DNA of 64,000 nucleotides from a virus: IMG/VR virus record IMGVR_UViG_3300015242_000020, positions 32,001 to 96,000 of that record; one strand, 5' to 3'. Shown piece by piece: positions 63,915 to 64,000 of this stretch (position 1 is its first letter; each line of letters starts with the position of its first letter). The notes under the pieces were generated by a model. It saw only the letters and a program-made list of their open reading frames with translations, ran no database searches and was not told where the DNA came from. The position numbers and the translations under genes were made by a program.

Positions 63915-64000
63915 TGCCGTCCAGACCCTCTTCGCCCGGCTGGGTGGTATCGGAGGGATCGGGGGTGGGGTCCAGTCCGGATCCCACTGCCAGCTGATCA

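Overview
64 kb of a large, high-GC actinobacteriophage genome with a contractile tail. Gene order and content resemble Bxz1/cluster C- or Rhodococcus E3-like myoviruses (inferred, no search run). Almost all genes are on the minus strand. Layout: tail chaperone/tube/sheath and neck genes (1-4.8 kb); a long block of fibre/adhesin/depolymerase-like virion genes (4.8-18 kb); an array of 26 tRNAs interrupted by RtcB and an HNH endonuclease and interleaved with several non-tRNA structured RNAs (21-26.4 kb); major capsid, decoration and protease/scaffold genes (27-32 kb); very large multidomain proteins flanking the portal (35.7-50.8 kb); small accessory genes (51-64 kb). The most striking system is a set of late-expressed polyproteins whose enzymatic modules (about 7 ADP-ribosyltransferase-like domains, a GNAT, a SWIM finger, a 2H phosphoesterase, a HhH-glycosylase-like domain) are separated by a recurring [K/R/H]-[T/V/Q/E]-A linker. 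This suggests protease-processed, capsid-packaged effector cargo. Three DNA motif families recur: a bipartite late-promoter-like element (CCTGY-N21/22-nnAARRRSTAR), a CTAAG-N4-CTTAG box in sigmaA-promoter spacers, and a RGATA-N4-TATCY box. All protein family calls come from motif recognition by eye.
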